64,000 bases of DNA from positions 15,006,001 through 15,070,000 of the forward strand of contig NC_087245.1 of assembly GCF_037042905.1 (NCBI RefSeq), given 5' to 3'. This stretch comes from Lytechinus pictus. Taxonomy: Eukaryota. Below are positions 51,201-64,000 of the stretch, one piece after another; position 1 is the first letter of the stretch; the number at the start of each line of letters is the position of its first letter. A program made the translations under genes and the position numbers. Below the pieces are notes generated by a model. That model had not been told where the DNA came from. It searched no databases and saw nothing but the letters and a program-made list of their open reading frames with translations.

Positions 51201-52141
51201 TTTCATGATGTATGATAAGTTTATGAATGTCTTTTAGTCATTAATGTATTTTAGGTCTGTTGGTTTTGTATATATATTCACAAAATCCAGCATGGAGTCG
51301 CGATACTTTGAAATTTAATCCTTCAAAATCATCAAAACCAAGCTTTTTACCTTCTTCTAATAGTCTTATGATATAACTAGTTAATATTGAAATTCGGCCA
51401 CACATATATTTGCATATTTTCCCAAACAAAACCCATATGTGGAGGCGCGATAGCTCAGTCGGTAGAGCGGGGGTTTCGGATTCCGGTGACCCGGGTTCGA
51501 TTCCCAAGAGGTGCGCTAGTGCCCTTTGGTAAGGCATTTATCCTCATTACCAGGTCCCTCGGAGAGGACCTTAAGCCGTTGGTCCCCTGGTTGCTTGCTC
51601 ACAGGCATTCGTGCTTTCTTAGCAGTCAGGTAAAACAACCTCGGTATAACAAAATCATGACTCGTGTTCATCTTTTCCTTTAGTCTACCCCTCATTCTTT
51701 TTTTCTTTTCCCTTTTCCTCGCTTTTCTTTCTTTTCTCTTTCCCCCCTTTCCCTCCCTTTCTTTTTTCTTTTTTCATTTCACGATTATTAGAGGTAACAC
51801 ATTTCACAAAAAGACCACCTTCAACTTTGTTTTTATATACCTGGACCATGATTTTTGGTTTTGTCCCACACGTCCAGTTTTTCCAGCAAGCTGTTGATGA
51901 GCGCATTGCCCTTCAAACCGGCCACTCCTTCCCGCGGTAGACGGGTCACGTCTCGGCAAACTGGGCACGAAATCACATTGGCTGCTTCACGGCCTGACAT
52001 CACGCAACTTTCAAGACAGTCGAAGCAAAATGTGTGCTGGCAAAAGAGACATCTTGCATTGCGAAGCGTGTCCATGCACACAGAACATTCGAACTCTTTT
52101 CTCAGTGAGCCAATCACATCTAAAGGAGCTGCCATTGCCAT
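48248..52141 (-). CDS. Tripartite-motif (RING, B-box x2, coiled coil, probable beta-propeller) E3 ubiquitin ligase, TRIM56/TRIM45/TRIM71-like, ~646 aa
   Basis: Exon 1 (52141-51841) encodes a C3HC4 RING, CSVC..CQHTFCFDC..CPVC, and ends CCA G|GTATAT. Exon 2 (49887-48248) starts TTTCAG|AT GCC; phases match (301+1640 nt). Exon 2 has B-box motifs CQNC..FCHHCKEHLCLEC and CEVH..FYCIQCDKLCCRLC, an E/K/L-rich helical segment and a beta-strand-rich C-terminus (DGKMLIAD, LIVVAD). Confidence 0.9.
50096..50309 (+). mobile_element. Penelope-like (retrozyme-like) short insertion with inverted arms
   Basis: 50112-50190 and 50227-50305 are near-perfect inverted repeats; 12-bp flanking direct repeat AATATTTTCAAT (50084-50095, 50310-50321); hammerhead core in the centre. 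Confidence 0.7.
50196..50236 (+). ncRNA. Minimal hammerhead ribozyme motif (PLE type, probably decayed)
   Basis: CUGACGA (50200-50206), stem II GUCU(a)GCA/UGCAGAC, then GAAAC (50226-50230) and GUU. The inverted arm preserves the variant AAACGUCGC. Confidence 0.6.
51441..51637 (+). mobile_element. tRNA-derived SINE
   Basis: Pol III A box TAGCTCAGTCGG (51451-51462) and B box GGTTCGATTCC (51494-51504), followed by a core-like GTGCCCTTTGGTAAGGCATTTATCCTCA body and an A-rich end; no proper anticodon or acceptor stem. Confidence 0.8.
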
Positions 52142-52744
52142 GATGGTGAATTTCCAGCTTCTTTATCTTCCGTCCAAAGATTATTCGGACGCCGAATTTT
52201 ACCATTACAAGCATGTGTTCGTATGTTGTTTCCGGTTTTCACAGACTCTTTACAGTCATATTCATTATTTTTATTTTATATCGTCTCTCAAAAGTTTGAT
52301 ATTTATTCGGAAATTTATCTGATAATGATAAAAAAGACTAATCTTTCAAAAAATATTTTACTTAGAGTCGACAGGAGTATGTCATTTAAGTATTTTGCTT
52401 TAGAACTTCAAATTGTTTTTTTTAACGACTTGAAAATCCCTATTCTTTAAATGGACAAAATATTCATAAACAAATCTGTCAACAGACAAGCCTTCGGTGT
52501 CATTGGTAGAGGCGTAGTCTATGCATATCATACCGTTAAATAGGCTATTTGGCGTTACCAGACAGACTCGGACGTGGCGCATTCTCCAATAAGGGGAGAT
52601 GGGGGGGGGGGGGGGGGTGTCCACCGCCCATATGTTCCCATAACGCAAGGACGAAGCTGAAATTAAATTATACGTTATATTCAGGCCTGAAAATTGAAAA
52701 GCTAGGATGCATATAATGAGAGCGTGAAGCGCGCCTGATATTAA

Positions 52745-53314
52745 AGGACAAGTCCACCCCAACAAAAAGTTGATTTGAATAAAAAGAGAAAAATCCATCA
52801 AGCATAACACTGAAAATTTCATCAAATTGGATGTAAAATAAGAATGTTATGACATTAATGAAACAGTTATATTCACATATCCTAGCTGGTCGATCAGTAC
52901 GCAAATGAGGAGATTAATGATGCCACTCCATTCACTATTTCTTTTGTAGTTTATTATATAAAATATTCTAATTTTCTCCTCATTGTCAAGTGAAACAACA
53001 ATTAATTCCTCCCTGAATATGTGGAATTAGTATATGTTTCAGTCAAGTTGGTCCTTATTATTGTCAGATCTGTAAAATATAAAGTATAATTCAAACACTA
53101 AAAAACAAAAGAAACGGTGAGTGAAGGACGTGCAGCTGTCTCATTTGCATGTCATTGAATATTGCGCATATCACAGTGTGAAAAATAAGCAAAACTTTAA
53201 AATTTCATATCTTTCTTATTTTACATCCGATATTTTGATGAAATTTTCAGCGCTACTCTTGTTTGATTTTTCTCTCATATTCAAATCAACATTTTTCAGG
53301 GGTGGACTTGACCT
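52745..53314. mobile_element. Kolobok-like MITE
   Basis: TTAA|AGGACAAGTCCACCCC ... GGGGTGGACTTGACCT|TTAA. Confidence 0.75.
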
Positions 53315-53559
53315 TTAACATATAAGAAAATTGAAAAGGAATATGCCTACATTCTATCACTTGGGAAAAACAATGCCAGTGCGAAGCTCACCCTATTCAG
53401 GCGTATGTAAGCCTGTAGGAAAGTGGAAAGAAAAACAAGAGGGGTCGAGTTGAGATTAACAACAAAGCTAGGAGTAGGATGTAAGGACAAACAAATGGAG
53501 CCCGGAAAATAATAAATGGAAACAAAAAGAGACAAATAAAAATTCTGCTTTCATGCACG

Positions 53560-54085
53560 CTGGAGAATAATCTGTTTAATACTAACTAGTATTTTCTAGC
53601 AAAACTGTATTTTTCACAGGACCAAAACTCTGGAATTCTCTGGACAGAGTAATAAAAGAGGCAGCTAATCTAAACCGATTTAAATTACTCATCAAAAAAT
53701 TTATTCTGAATTCTTATTGATTCAATCAAATATTTTGTGAACCTCATACTTACCCACGGTAGTATTGATTATTTTAAAGTCAATATTTAATTTTGTATAT
53801 AGTGTAAATCCATTTGTGTTACAGTGTTTATATATAATTTAATAGAATTTTGCTGATTATTTTACTCTACTTATATCATATTACCCTTGTATAAAATTTT
53901 GATAGGGGGTCTACATTTTACAAGCTTTGCTTTTTAGTAGACCCCTCCACTTTTTTCATTTCATTGCTACGTTTCAATCCTGTGTGTTATGCATTTTTTT
54001 TTCAGTGTTAAAATGATTTATTATAAATGTACTTTGATGATTGTGGAATATGAATATATCAATAAATAAAAAAAATTAATAAATA
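53560..54085 (+). mobile_element. 3' end of an L2/CR1-group LINE
   Basis: Translates ...FSSKTVFFTGPKLWNSLDRVIKEAANLNRFKLLIKKFILNSY*; 3' stem-loop at 53904-53946; AATAAA-rich tail. Confidence 0.75.
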
Positions 54086-54659
54086 ACCTGCATTCATGAG
54101 GATTACATTGCACTGCTTTATCCCGCATGTTTTCAAATCAATGCACAATAAAACCACTGTTCGCACTAATTAGCTGTTAATGATGAGTGCTTCAAAACGG
54201 TCTTTACATGTAAATTGATAAAACAAAAAAGTGGCGCAGCTCGTACTGTATCAATACACATATCCTGTTTATGATTCTTAAAGTTATAGACTTCCGTTTT
54301 CAAATTAGCCATGAAATTCATTTTTGAAAATCATGACAGCCGTTTGTTTTTCAATCGCATAATTCAGGCCTTGCAGTGTGATTTATATTACGCTTATCAC
54401 AAATATCCCAAAGCGCTCAAAATTTAAATTCACTTACAAACATGCATGCACAATGTAAAACATATAAGCAGGCCCAGCGGAACCTGAGGGGGGGGGGGCT
54501 TCAGCCAGGGCCGTAGCTAGAGGGTGGGGGGGGGGTATGGGGGGGGGGGTGTGACACCCCCCCCCCCAACATTCGTGGCAGTCGGCAAAATCATGTACCA
54601 GTTGGCAAAATGGAGGATAGGGGAGAAAAAGAAAGAAAGAGAGAGAGAGGGGGGAAAGA

Positions 54660-54905
<246 letters not shown>

Positions 54906-55516
54906 AATAGGGGTACTAACTTCGAAGAAGTTTACGACTTTTAGAGTAAAGACAACCAATTGGCAAATCCAAGTCCATGTAGCCAGGCTTAGAGCCCTAC
55001 TAGTCAGCAAAATACAAAGGACAAAACAGATGGAGCTATAATAACACACAAAGTAAGCCCCCGGTCCTCCCCCAATATGAACAAGCTTGTTAGTTTGCAA
55101 ATTATACCACAATTATTGACGATTTAACAAACATTAGTTTTGTAAAATTAGAGGCAAGAATAGGTACATAAATATTGGATGGGATGAATTTCCAAGGTTT
55201 AAGTTGAATAATCAAAGCCAAAGTATAGTTGGCAAATTATAAAGTGGGCCTATTAAAGTGGCAGAACACTATACGCTCAACCAGTCAGCAAAGTGATGTA
55301 CAAGTACTGCCCCGTTTCAGATCTGAAAAGAACAGAACACAAGACTTTAAAAAAATGGTAACTCTGCAGTTGGCAAATTCATGAAGACAAGTCTACAACT
55401 TGTAAACTTGTCTACAAGTTTGCAGTTGACAAAAAAACACAAAAATGTTCTGAGTTATTTTTACTAAACTTTTTTTTAATTTATGGTGTCAGAATGTGCT
55501 TAGGGTGGGGATGGGG

Positions 55517-56087
55517 CCCGGGGGGGGGGGGCCACTTCCATTGACGAATGGATACCATGCGCGACCATGGGGTCTCGAAAAGCACCCTAAACACGTAATT
55601 TCCATATTTTGAAAATGCAACCCTTAACAAGTATTGGCGTGTGAAACCCTACCCTTAACAAGTATCGGAAACAAAACGATACTCTTGGCGAATATTCCCT
55701 GAAATGAACCCCTAAACAAGTACAGGAATATTTTATTGTTATGCACGGGTCCTTCGGTCGTTGGTTTATACACATCATTTGGTTTAGTACGACCCCATGC
55801 ACCTTCCACACCTCGCGCAAATCGGACTCTAAACACGTATAGTGTTGGGGCAAAAAGGACATCCATTATAACATTTCAATTTTGTTTTATCATCCCCGCA
55901 AATTTGACCCTAAACACGTAATTTTCCTAGCGAAATAGATACCCTTTTTCCATTATTTTTGTGTTTTTGACACCCTTATCACGTTACGTACGTAACGTGC
56001 CCTATCTTGAAAAAGACATCCTTTTTACGTGTTTTTTTGGTCGCGCATGGTATCCACTCGTCAATGTAAGTGCCCCCCCCCCCCGGG
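55517..56087. mobile_element. MITE with CCCGGG termini (EnSpm/CMC-like)
   Basis: Long imperfect TIRs CCCGGG(G)nCCACTTCCATTGACGAATGGATACCATGCGCGACCA / TGGTCGCGCATGGTATCCACTCGTCAATGTAAGTG(C)nGGG; internal ACCCTAAACA repeats. Confidence 0.7.
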
Positions 56088-58499
56088 GGGGGATGGGGGC
56101 AGGTAGGGGTTGCATCATTCCTGGTGCTCGCATTGTCTGACTAATGAGATATATAGTCCTGTTGTATTTTAAGTCCATAAAGATTATGCACCAAATTATC
56201 TCCTCGCACTTATTATCATTGTTTTATGTAGTGACATATGCTTTTTTCATGACTATATACTTAAAGTGATTGCCCCCTTTTAAGGCCTTAATAAAACATT
56301 GCCAGTCTGTGCTTACGTTCGCATTTGTGTGGACCGATATAGATACCGGGCTGGTGTTAAATCAACACCGGCGTTTTTGCAGTGCACGAATTCCTAAAGA
56401 CAGTCCTTAAAATGTCCCTTTTTCTGATCTAATTATAACAAATTTTCAGCTCGCGCTTCGCGTTCGCATCACTTAATTAGTGAAATAGTAAATTCCTGCA
56501 AACAAGCCATAGAATGCCCCTCTTCAGGTCTGAATTTCAAAAATTGTTAGCTCGCGCTTCTCGCCCGCAATATTTCATTAGTGAAATACGTATCATGTTC
56601 ATGATTACAATGACCACAAAAAGTGCTTCATGTGCCAGTGTAATTCTAACAAAATCAGCAAGCGCTTGGCGCTCGCATTAGATGACTATGAAGAGATACG
56701 TACGCACTTCATGATTGCAAAACTTTGCTTATAATGTCCCTTTTTAGGACTGAATATCAAACATTTTCAGCTCGCGCTTCGCGCTCGCATTATTTGATCA
56801 CTAAGATACATATCCGTTTAATGGCACAGTCCTTAAAATGTCTCTATCAGGTCAGCATACCTGGCAATTGAGCGCGCTTCGCGCGCCCACTAAATGACTC
56901 AAAATTTTTGCTGGTGCCCCCCCCCCCCATGCCGTGACACATGATACGCCACTGTTAGCAGTAGCACTCTTGAAATTTTAGTTGAGACATATCTTGCACA
57001 GAATGTCAATTAAAAATGAACAAATCTTTGATTTTGATATTATTAATGCATAGGGTATATCATTATACTGCAAGTTAGCAACTACGGCACACTAGCCTTT
57101 CTATTTTGATCCAAAATGTTTATTTTTAAAGTGCAAATATCTTTGTAACTTTATATCTTTTTATAATTTACCTTAAAGTATTAAAGTATTCCGAAATGCC
57201 ACTAATTCAATTCTAAAAATTCAACATCTTTTAGCATGTGATTATTGTAGGGGGGGGGGGCACATCCCCCATCAGACTCCCCCTGTGCTCACTTTGGCGC
57301 TGTCACGCCAAATTTAGTTGGCAAATTTAGCTGGTACACCCCCCCCCCCCCAACAAAATGCTTCTGGCTACGGCCCTGGCTTCAGCCTCCCCTCTTTTTT
57401 TTTCAAACTTGTGTACAAAAACGTAAAAATTACCATCTGATTAACTGATTTGTTTGCATGGTCAGCCCCCGGGGCCTCCACTTTAGGCTCAGCCCCCCCC
57501 CCCACTTTCAAAACCGTTCCAAAAAAATTAGGGCCTTATGCCTGATTCAATTGTTGGGGGTTACGTCTTAAAGGAATGCTCCGGGCTGAATATATTAATT
57601 CATATCTAAATAAGAAATAATGAAGTTATTGAATTTCAAAGATTTGCATTATTCCGGTGAAACAGTTCCAGGCACGTCTTCATGAAAATTCAGGTGGGTT
57701 GACGACGTCACATCCCCACTTTCCCTTTTGTTGTGTTATTACATGATATCATAATTGTTTCGATTTTTTCGTACTATGTGGAAATGATGTGTCTCCATTA
57801 TGATGAAATAAGTTGCAGCAAGAAATATCTAATGTTGTTTATATCTTGGTAGAAAAATTTTGAATTTTGAATAAAACTAATTGAGAGGGAGGTTGTTTCA
57901 TAGTTGTAAAAAAATGAATTTTTTTTTTCTAGAAAATTCCGCTCATGTAAAATAGAGACCTAAAACATTTATAGGGGCAGACATGGCGTACCTGAGGGCA
58001 ATTAAGATTTTCAAAAGCTGCAGCAAGCGAGCAAACATTTTGACCGTTGAATACAAAATCTAATATTGTGATAGATTTTTGGCATGGTATTTTAAAATAC
58101 ATAATCATCGTATTTCACCCCCCCCCGTTTTTTTCCTCTTCTCAATTCCTTCTTGGCCGTGAAACATAAAGCACAAGCCCCCACATATCTGTACGCATGT
58201 GGGGCCCAGGGGGGGGGGGGGGTGAACGTATAGTTTAAGGTATATGTCAGCTTTACTTCTACAACAAGACTATATACTTCGTATAGAGTTTGATACGAGC
58301 TTTAATTTATCCACCTACTTCGTATAACTTAGGACTTAATCAACCGTGCGAGCGCGAAGCGCGCTTTTGTTTTGTTTATTCAGAAAAAAATGGTATGAAC
58401 CATAACACCCGTAACTGCTCCGACGGGCCTGCTTAAATGTACATGTTGTCATTAATTTCTTGTTGATTTTCACGCTGTCTGATATGTTGCTATATAGTT

Positions 58500-59900
58500 A
58501 TTGATTAAATTGCCGAAAAGTACAAATTCCAAAAGTCTTGAACCAAACTATACTTAGCGCGCGTGCGCGTACTTTTTTCAGTAAATTTGCATAATATCGT
58601 AAACCGGCGGTGAGGAAAGGTTGGATGAGCTGCTGGCTGGTGAATTAATTGGATCTAAGACCATTTTGGCATTTGGTAATTATTTTTTCTGCAAAAGTAC
58701 CTATGTAAGTAGTAAGCCAGACTTTTTGTAGAAAATAACTCACTGTTAGACGACTTACTTTGACGATTTATTTTGTTATTTCTTGGTGATTGAACGCATC
58801 GCGACGCCGACGCTGATATACGGTACATCACGTACGCTACGGTACATGCCGGTACTACTACTATACAGGGTATAGTCCGGTCCAATACTAGCGTCAAAAA
58901 CACCCTACTTGTGGACACGGTGGACAAAAGCATGATTTTTTCTCCAGACCTTTGTTTATGTATGAGAATTAAAAATGGGGTATGCTCCAAAAAATCTGGC
59001 TGCAGGAACAGTGAAAAAAATGGGTGAAAATGTCAGAATTTATGAGTTTAGATTGGTCTGATATATAGACTAGCGCTAGTGCAAAACTCAATAGCAGTGC
59101 ATTATTTAGACAGGAATAACCGTCGTTTCTGGGGATTTATTCAACAATTTCTGACATTTTACTGTAATCCCCATTTACCGACGGTAGGGTGTACGTGTGG
59201 GCTCGCATGTGTTCTCATTCCCTCCCTTTTGTCAATTCACAGTCCAAAGTTTGATGTAATTTTACACATCGAATTTACAATCTAAGGATGTATAAACAAC
59301 AAACTTTTAAAACTTGATATTTAAATATTAAATACTTTAAACGATATAGATGAAAAAGGCATGAAAAATATACTTTACCGATGTTTAATTGGGTTGAACA
59401 CGATAAAAATGGTCAAAATGGCAGCCAAACTATAAAATATTTACAAACGAACGTCAACAATCACGAATGTGATATCGATATTGCTTTCGATATTATACGA
59501 TCTGCTCCATATGCGAACGAAACCGAAGATAAACGATACTAGTTATACTAGTACTAGTACTAGTTATAATCGCGATATATCGATTCGAGACATTAAGTTA
59601 ATAACGATAATGACGTCATTCAAGATGGCAACTTGCAAGAAAAACCGTCAAGTCAGGTGAAAATGTCTTAGATGACAGATTTCTCAATCATCCAGAGGAT
59701 TTTTTTCAATAACTCCGGCCCAAGGTATGCAATTAATAAGTTATTTATATTTCCCTGATAATGGAAACCATGAAACTTTCAATTTTGCTTAAAAAACAGT
59801 TTTAAATCGCGATCTATAAAACGCTAGTTCACTATACGTTGGCTGTAGGTACGGGGCCCCATCCCCTTCAGTCTATGTATGGTGAGTGGAGCCAACGTAG
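58500..59900. promoter_or_regulatory. CpG-enriched promoter-like region of an unidentified gene
   Basis: TATCGATA (59473-59480), TGACGTCA (59611-59618), YY1-type CAAGATGGC (59621-59629), then a donor AAG|GTATGC after 59724. Confidence 0.45.
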
Positions 59901-59999
59901 TTCAGCGGAACAACCAAAATACAGAGACTGAAGCTTTTGGTCTATGCATTATTTTGCATTGGTTTAGTTCTTGAATTCAGACCCTTTTTGAACAAATAT

Positions 60000-62900
60000 T
60001 CTGTTTGTCCTCGCATCTCAATGCACTAAATATCTGAATGCAGATGCTAAACAAGCCGAAGGGTGGTGATGGAGGGGGTTGAATGTTGGTGTGTATGTAC
60101 ATATTTTGGTCTTGGGGTAAAGATGTGCAATACACATTTTTTGCATGTGTTGGAAATTGTGTTGCCATGGTAACAGTGTATTATGGCAAAAATAAGGTAC
60201 AAATCTTGCAGTTAGAACTACTTCCTCTGTTTTCATCAGATTCTCATGAAATTTGGCACACACATTGGTCTTGAGGTGAAGATGTCTAAGACACATTTTT
60301 GTGTGTCTTTCGGAAATTTTGTTGCCATGGTAACAACAAAACATTTGGTGAAAATTGGGAAAAAACCTTACATTTCAAACTGCTTCATCAGTTTTCAATC
60401 AATTCACATGAAATTTGGCACACACATTGGTATTAAAGTAAAGATGTACAAGGCATTTTTTGTGTGTGTTTCAGAAATTGTGTTGCCATGGTAACAACAT
60501 ATTATATGACAAAATTTTGGTAAAAACCTTGCAATTTGAACTACTTCATCAGTTTCAAACCAATTCTCATGCATGAAATATGGCTCACACATTGGCCTTG
60601 AGATAAAGATGTGCAAGAACCTTTTTTTTTTTTGCATTTGTCAGAGAGTGCATTGCCTTCATAACCACATATAGCCAGAAATGCAGGGAAAACTCACCAA
60701 TTGTGGATCAATCTACTTCTCTGTTTTCAGCCTGTGCTCAGAAAAGTTTACACAAATATTAATTTTGGGTAAAGATTCATATTCAGTGTTAAAGGGGAAT
60801 CCAGCCTTGGTCATAAAATGTTGTGTGGAAAAGGAGAAAAATAAGAATGTTGAAAGTTTGAAAGCAATCGGATAAGCAAAATAAAGTTATGGCTGCTTTA
60901 AAATTAAGATCCCTAAGGCTACTAGTATGTAGATTTCAAATTGACAATGAGTAAGTAAATTATGACAAGGGGCGAGGCTGCAAGGACAACTTTCCCATTG
61001 GCCTTGTACTTTGATTTTTGGTTTTCTCCTTAATTCCATTGGGGCCGTAATATAAACCTGTTAGTATAATGTTTTACGTCCTCATGAAAGAAAGATACAA
61101 TTTGAAGTAAAACTTTTGAAAAAGACATTTTAGTCCATTAATTATTCCTGTACATTGAAGAGTGGTCCTTCCCTTTACATCATTATGACATCACATATGC
61201 GGCCAATTTGAAGTCTTCATGGGTATATAGTGATTACCAATGTTTACAACTTTTATATATTCACAACTTTCTTATGGTTTGTCCGATATTGTTCAAACTT
61301 TGACATATTGTCTGATTTTTCCTTTTCCTCTAAAAACAAATGTTTATTTGGGTTGGATTCCCCTTTAACATCATAAAATAGCGCAGGGTATTCATGGTAT
61401 TAATCACCTTCAATAATATTTATAGGTTTTTTTTTGGGGGGGGGGCGGAGGAGGTCCTTAAAAACTGACAACATAAAAATATAGAAGGTTAAATTAGGCC
61501 ATGGCCATTAGGAACTTAAACACTCTTAAAGAAAGCACCCCTTCCATTTTTTTTTTTTTTTTGGGGGGGGGGGGGCTTTAGAAAATTGCCACATAAAGAG
61601 TAAAAGGAAATAATTACAACTAGGAACTGACCCCCCCCCCATAAAAAAAAGGGGGGGGGGAGAAAACTCCTTTACACTTCAGCGTATTAATTTAAAGCCT
61701 AAAACATTCTGGTTTTGATAAAAGATCATTTCCGGTGCCCAATTAATCAACGTTTTATTTATCTCCTACTCAGTATTTGTTCATTTCAGTTCTTACTCTG
61801 ACTTTCTTACATCACTTTTTGCACTTCTTGCACTTTAGAGCTTTACCATACCTTCTTGTTTTGTTTCCTCTCCCCCCCCCTCTTTTCTCCCTCTCTAAGT
61901 ACATTTTTCTTTGCTATTTTAATTCATTATTATCTAGCAACAATTATTCCATTTTGAATGCTTACACCTACACTGAAATATAATACCATGACATTTATTC
62001 TTTTCTTCATAATCTTTTAAACTCTATTTTGGCTACACTCTGTCCTAAATAATACTATTAGCTATATTTAATGTCTAGTTTAAAGAATTGAAGAAATGGC
62101 TGTCATGATATTATATTTTGGTAAAGGTGCATCAAATTCATAGTTGCAGCATTCAGAATGGAATAACTGTTGCTTAAAAAAAAATGGATTTAGTTGTTTT
62201 CCGAAAATCCTCTGTGAAAATTTTAGTTATATCACTGAGTTTTCCCATTCCTGCAGTTACCACCATCTGAAAGGGATATGACTAGAATATATGTAGAGAA
62301 ATAAAAGTAATCATTTGCTCAATGAACAGTGAATACGTTCGTCCTTACTCCAATGGAAAATTATTTGCATTTTTTGTGACAGTCAGATCTTGCATCCAAC
62401 AATTTTGCTACTGAAACATAATATTAATTTTTTGACAATTGGAGATGTAGGATGTATAAAGCAGGGGCTGTCACAGAAATATACTGAAAAATTAAATGAA
62501 AGAAAATAGAAGGCAAAAATTTATTGTGCACCTATGCATATTTTTGATATGGTATGTTATTGAGTCATGGATTTGCAAGTGAATTTCTAAAACAAGTGCA
62601 GAGATTTTTGTATATATATATTTCTATAATTAGTTGCATGATTAAAGGTACACTTTATAAAATGTAAGAGAAAATATACTTGGAGAGATAGAGGGTAAAA
62701 AAAGGAGAGAGGAAACATTAGATGGTATGGTGAAGCTCAAAATCAAGAGTGATGTGATATAGTTAAAAAGAGTAGGAATGGAATATGAATAAAAGACTGA
62801 GTAGGAGAATATGAATAAACAATGATTAATTGGCTACTGTAAACAATTTTTTACCAAAGCAGAATGCATTAAACATCAAATGAATGGTCTGAACTCTGAA

Positions 62901-64000
62901 GTGCAAATGACTCTTCTTACCTTTTAATGGGGGGGGGGGGGGGCATTTTTCAACCCCCTATTTTTTCAGGGGGGGGGGGGTTAAGTTCCTAGTCATAATC
63001 CTTTAACTTTAACTTTTATGAGGTCATTTTCTAAAGACCCCCCCCCCCTCCCCCCCCCCAAAAAAAAGGGAGTAATGTCTCGCTTTAAAATACAAAGACC
63101 CCTGAGGGGCAAAGGCGTAGACTGGTTGAGCATGGGGAGATAGAAGTGGTATGGGGAGGGGTGCACATCTTGGGGAGGTGGAACTAAGGTTTGGAAAATT
63201 AGCCGTTGAAAGTAGAAGGGGTACACATTTTGTTTTGCTTGCCAGTGTTGGAACTCCTTTGCCACAGCGGAAGGTTTCACATTCACCCAGTGTACCCCCA
63301 GCCTATGCCCTTGAGAGGATGCTTATTTCAAGAGTGTTAATGGACACCGCCTTTAACCTTTATTTTGATGTCAGATTTTAAGGACCAATCCCGCTCCTCC
63401 CCCAAAACCTAGAAATATTACTGAAGGTGACTCATATATTTTAATGCAGTTTAGAATTTAATATGAATCTTTACCCAAAGATGAATATTTCTTCAAACTT
63501 TTATGAGCACTGACTAAAAAAAGGGGAAGTCATTTGATCCACAATGAGTTTTCCTGCATTTCTGGCTATCATATGTGGTTACCATGGCAATATACTCTCT
63601 GACAAATGCACACAAAAAATGGTTCCTGCACATCTTTACCTCAAGGCAAATGTATGAGCCAAAAATGATTTCATGAGAAATGGTTCAAAACTGATGAAGT
63701 TGTTCAAATTGCAAGGTTTTTACCTAAATTTTGCCATATAATATGTTGTTACCATGGCAACACAATTTCTGAAACACATACAAAAAGTGCCTTGTACATC
63801 TTTACTCTAATACCAATGTGTGTGTCAAATTTCATGAGAATTGATTTAAAACTGATGAAGCAGTTTGAATTGTAATTTTTTCCCCAATTTTCACCAAATA
63901 ATATGTTGTTACCATGGCAACAAGATTTTTTAAAGACACACAAAATGTGTCTTAGACATCTTCACCTCAAGACCAATGTGTGTGCCAAATATCATGAGAA
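60000..64000. mobile_element. Large foldback (inverted-repeat) element with ~160-bp tandem subrepeats; right end outside the window
   Basis: 60241-61870 aligns in reverse complement to 64000-62700, apart from the Kolobok-like insert; GTTGCCATGGTAAC units at 60161, 60321 and 60482 are mirrored on the right. Confidence 0.75.
60793..61364. mobile_element. Kolobok-like MITE inserted in the left arm of the foldback element
   Basis: TTAA|AGGGGAATCCA ... TGGATTCCCCT|TTAA; absent from the mirrored right arm. Confidence 0.75.

Noticed and set aside
51441..51516. Possible tRNA gene
   Set aside because: A and B boxes are present, but anticodon and acceptor stems do not pair properly and the sequence continues into a SINE body.

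Overview
AT-rich, intron-rich animal genomic DNA. The repeat landscape and gene content suggest an invertebrate deuterostome, probably a sea urchin; this is an inference. Two protein-coding genes can be reconstructed by hand. (1) A complete 33-exon type IIA DNA topoisomerase gene (TOP2, + strand, CDS 1721-42676, about 1663 aa) with a TOP2B-like N-terminus, a candidate second promoter/first exon and a modular Lys/acidic C-terminal domain. (2) A convergent 2-exon RING/B-box/coiled-coil (TRIM) E3 ligase gene (- strand, 52141-48248, about 646 aa). The rest is introns, UTRs and transposon relics: L2/CR1-type LINE fragments, a tRNA-derived SINE, hAT-, Harbinger-, Kolobok- and Tc1/pogo-like MITEs, a Helentron-like tandem-repeat element, nested insertions and a >3.7 kb foldback element running off the right edge. 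The most unusual items are a 214-bp TSD-flanked inverted-repeat insertion carrying a hammerhead-ribozyme core in the TRIM intron, and several signs of isoform diversity in TOP2 (alternative first exon, conserved TLFD tandem acceptor, long intron read-through ORF, partial duplication of the TOPRIM exon, skippable CTD exons). No CRISPR arrays, rRNA or convincing tRNA genes were seen. Splice sites were called manually from GT/AG and reading-frame continuity, and no database searches were run.
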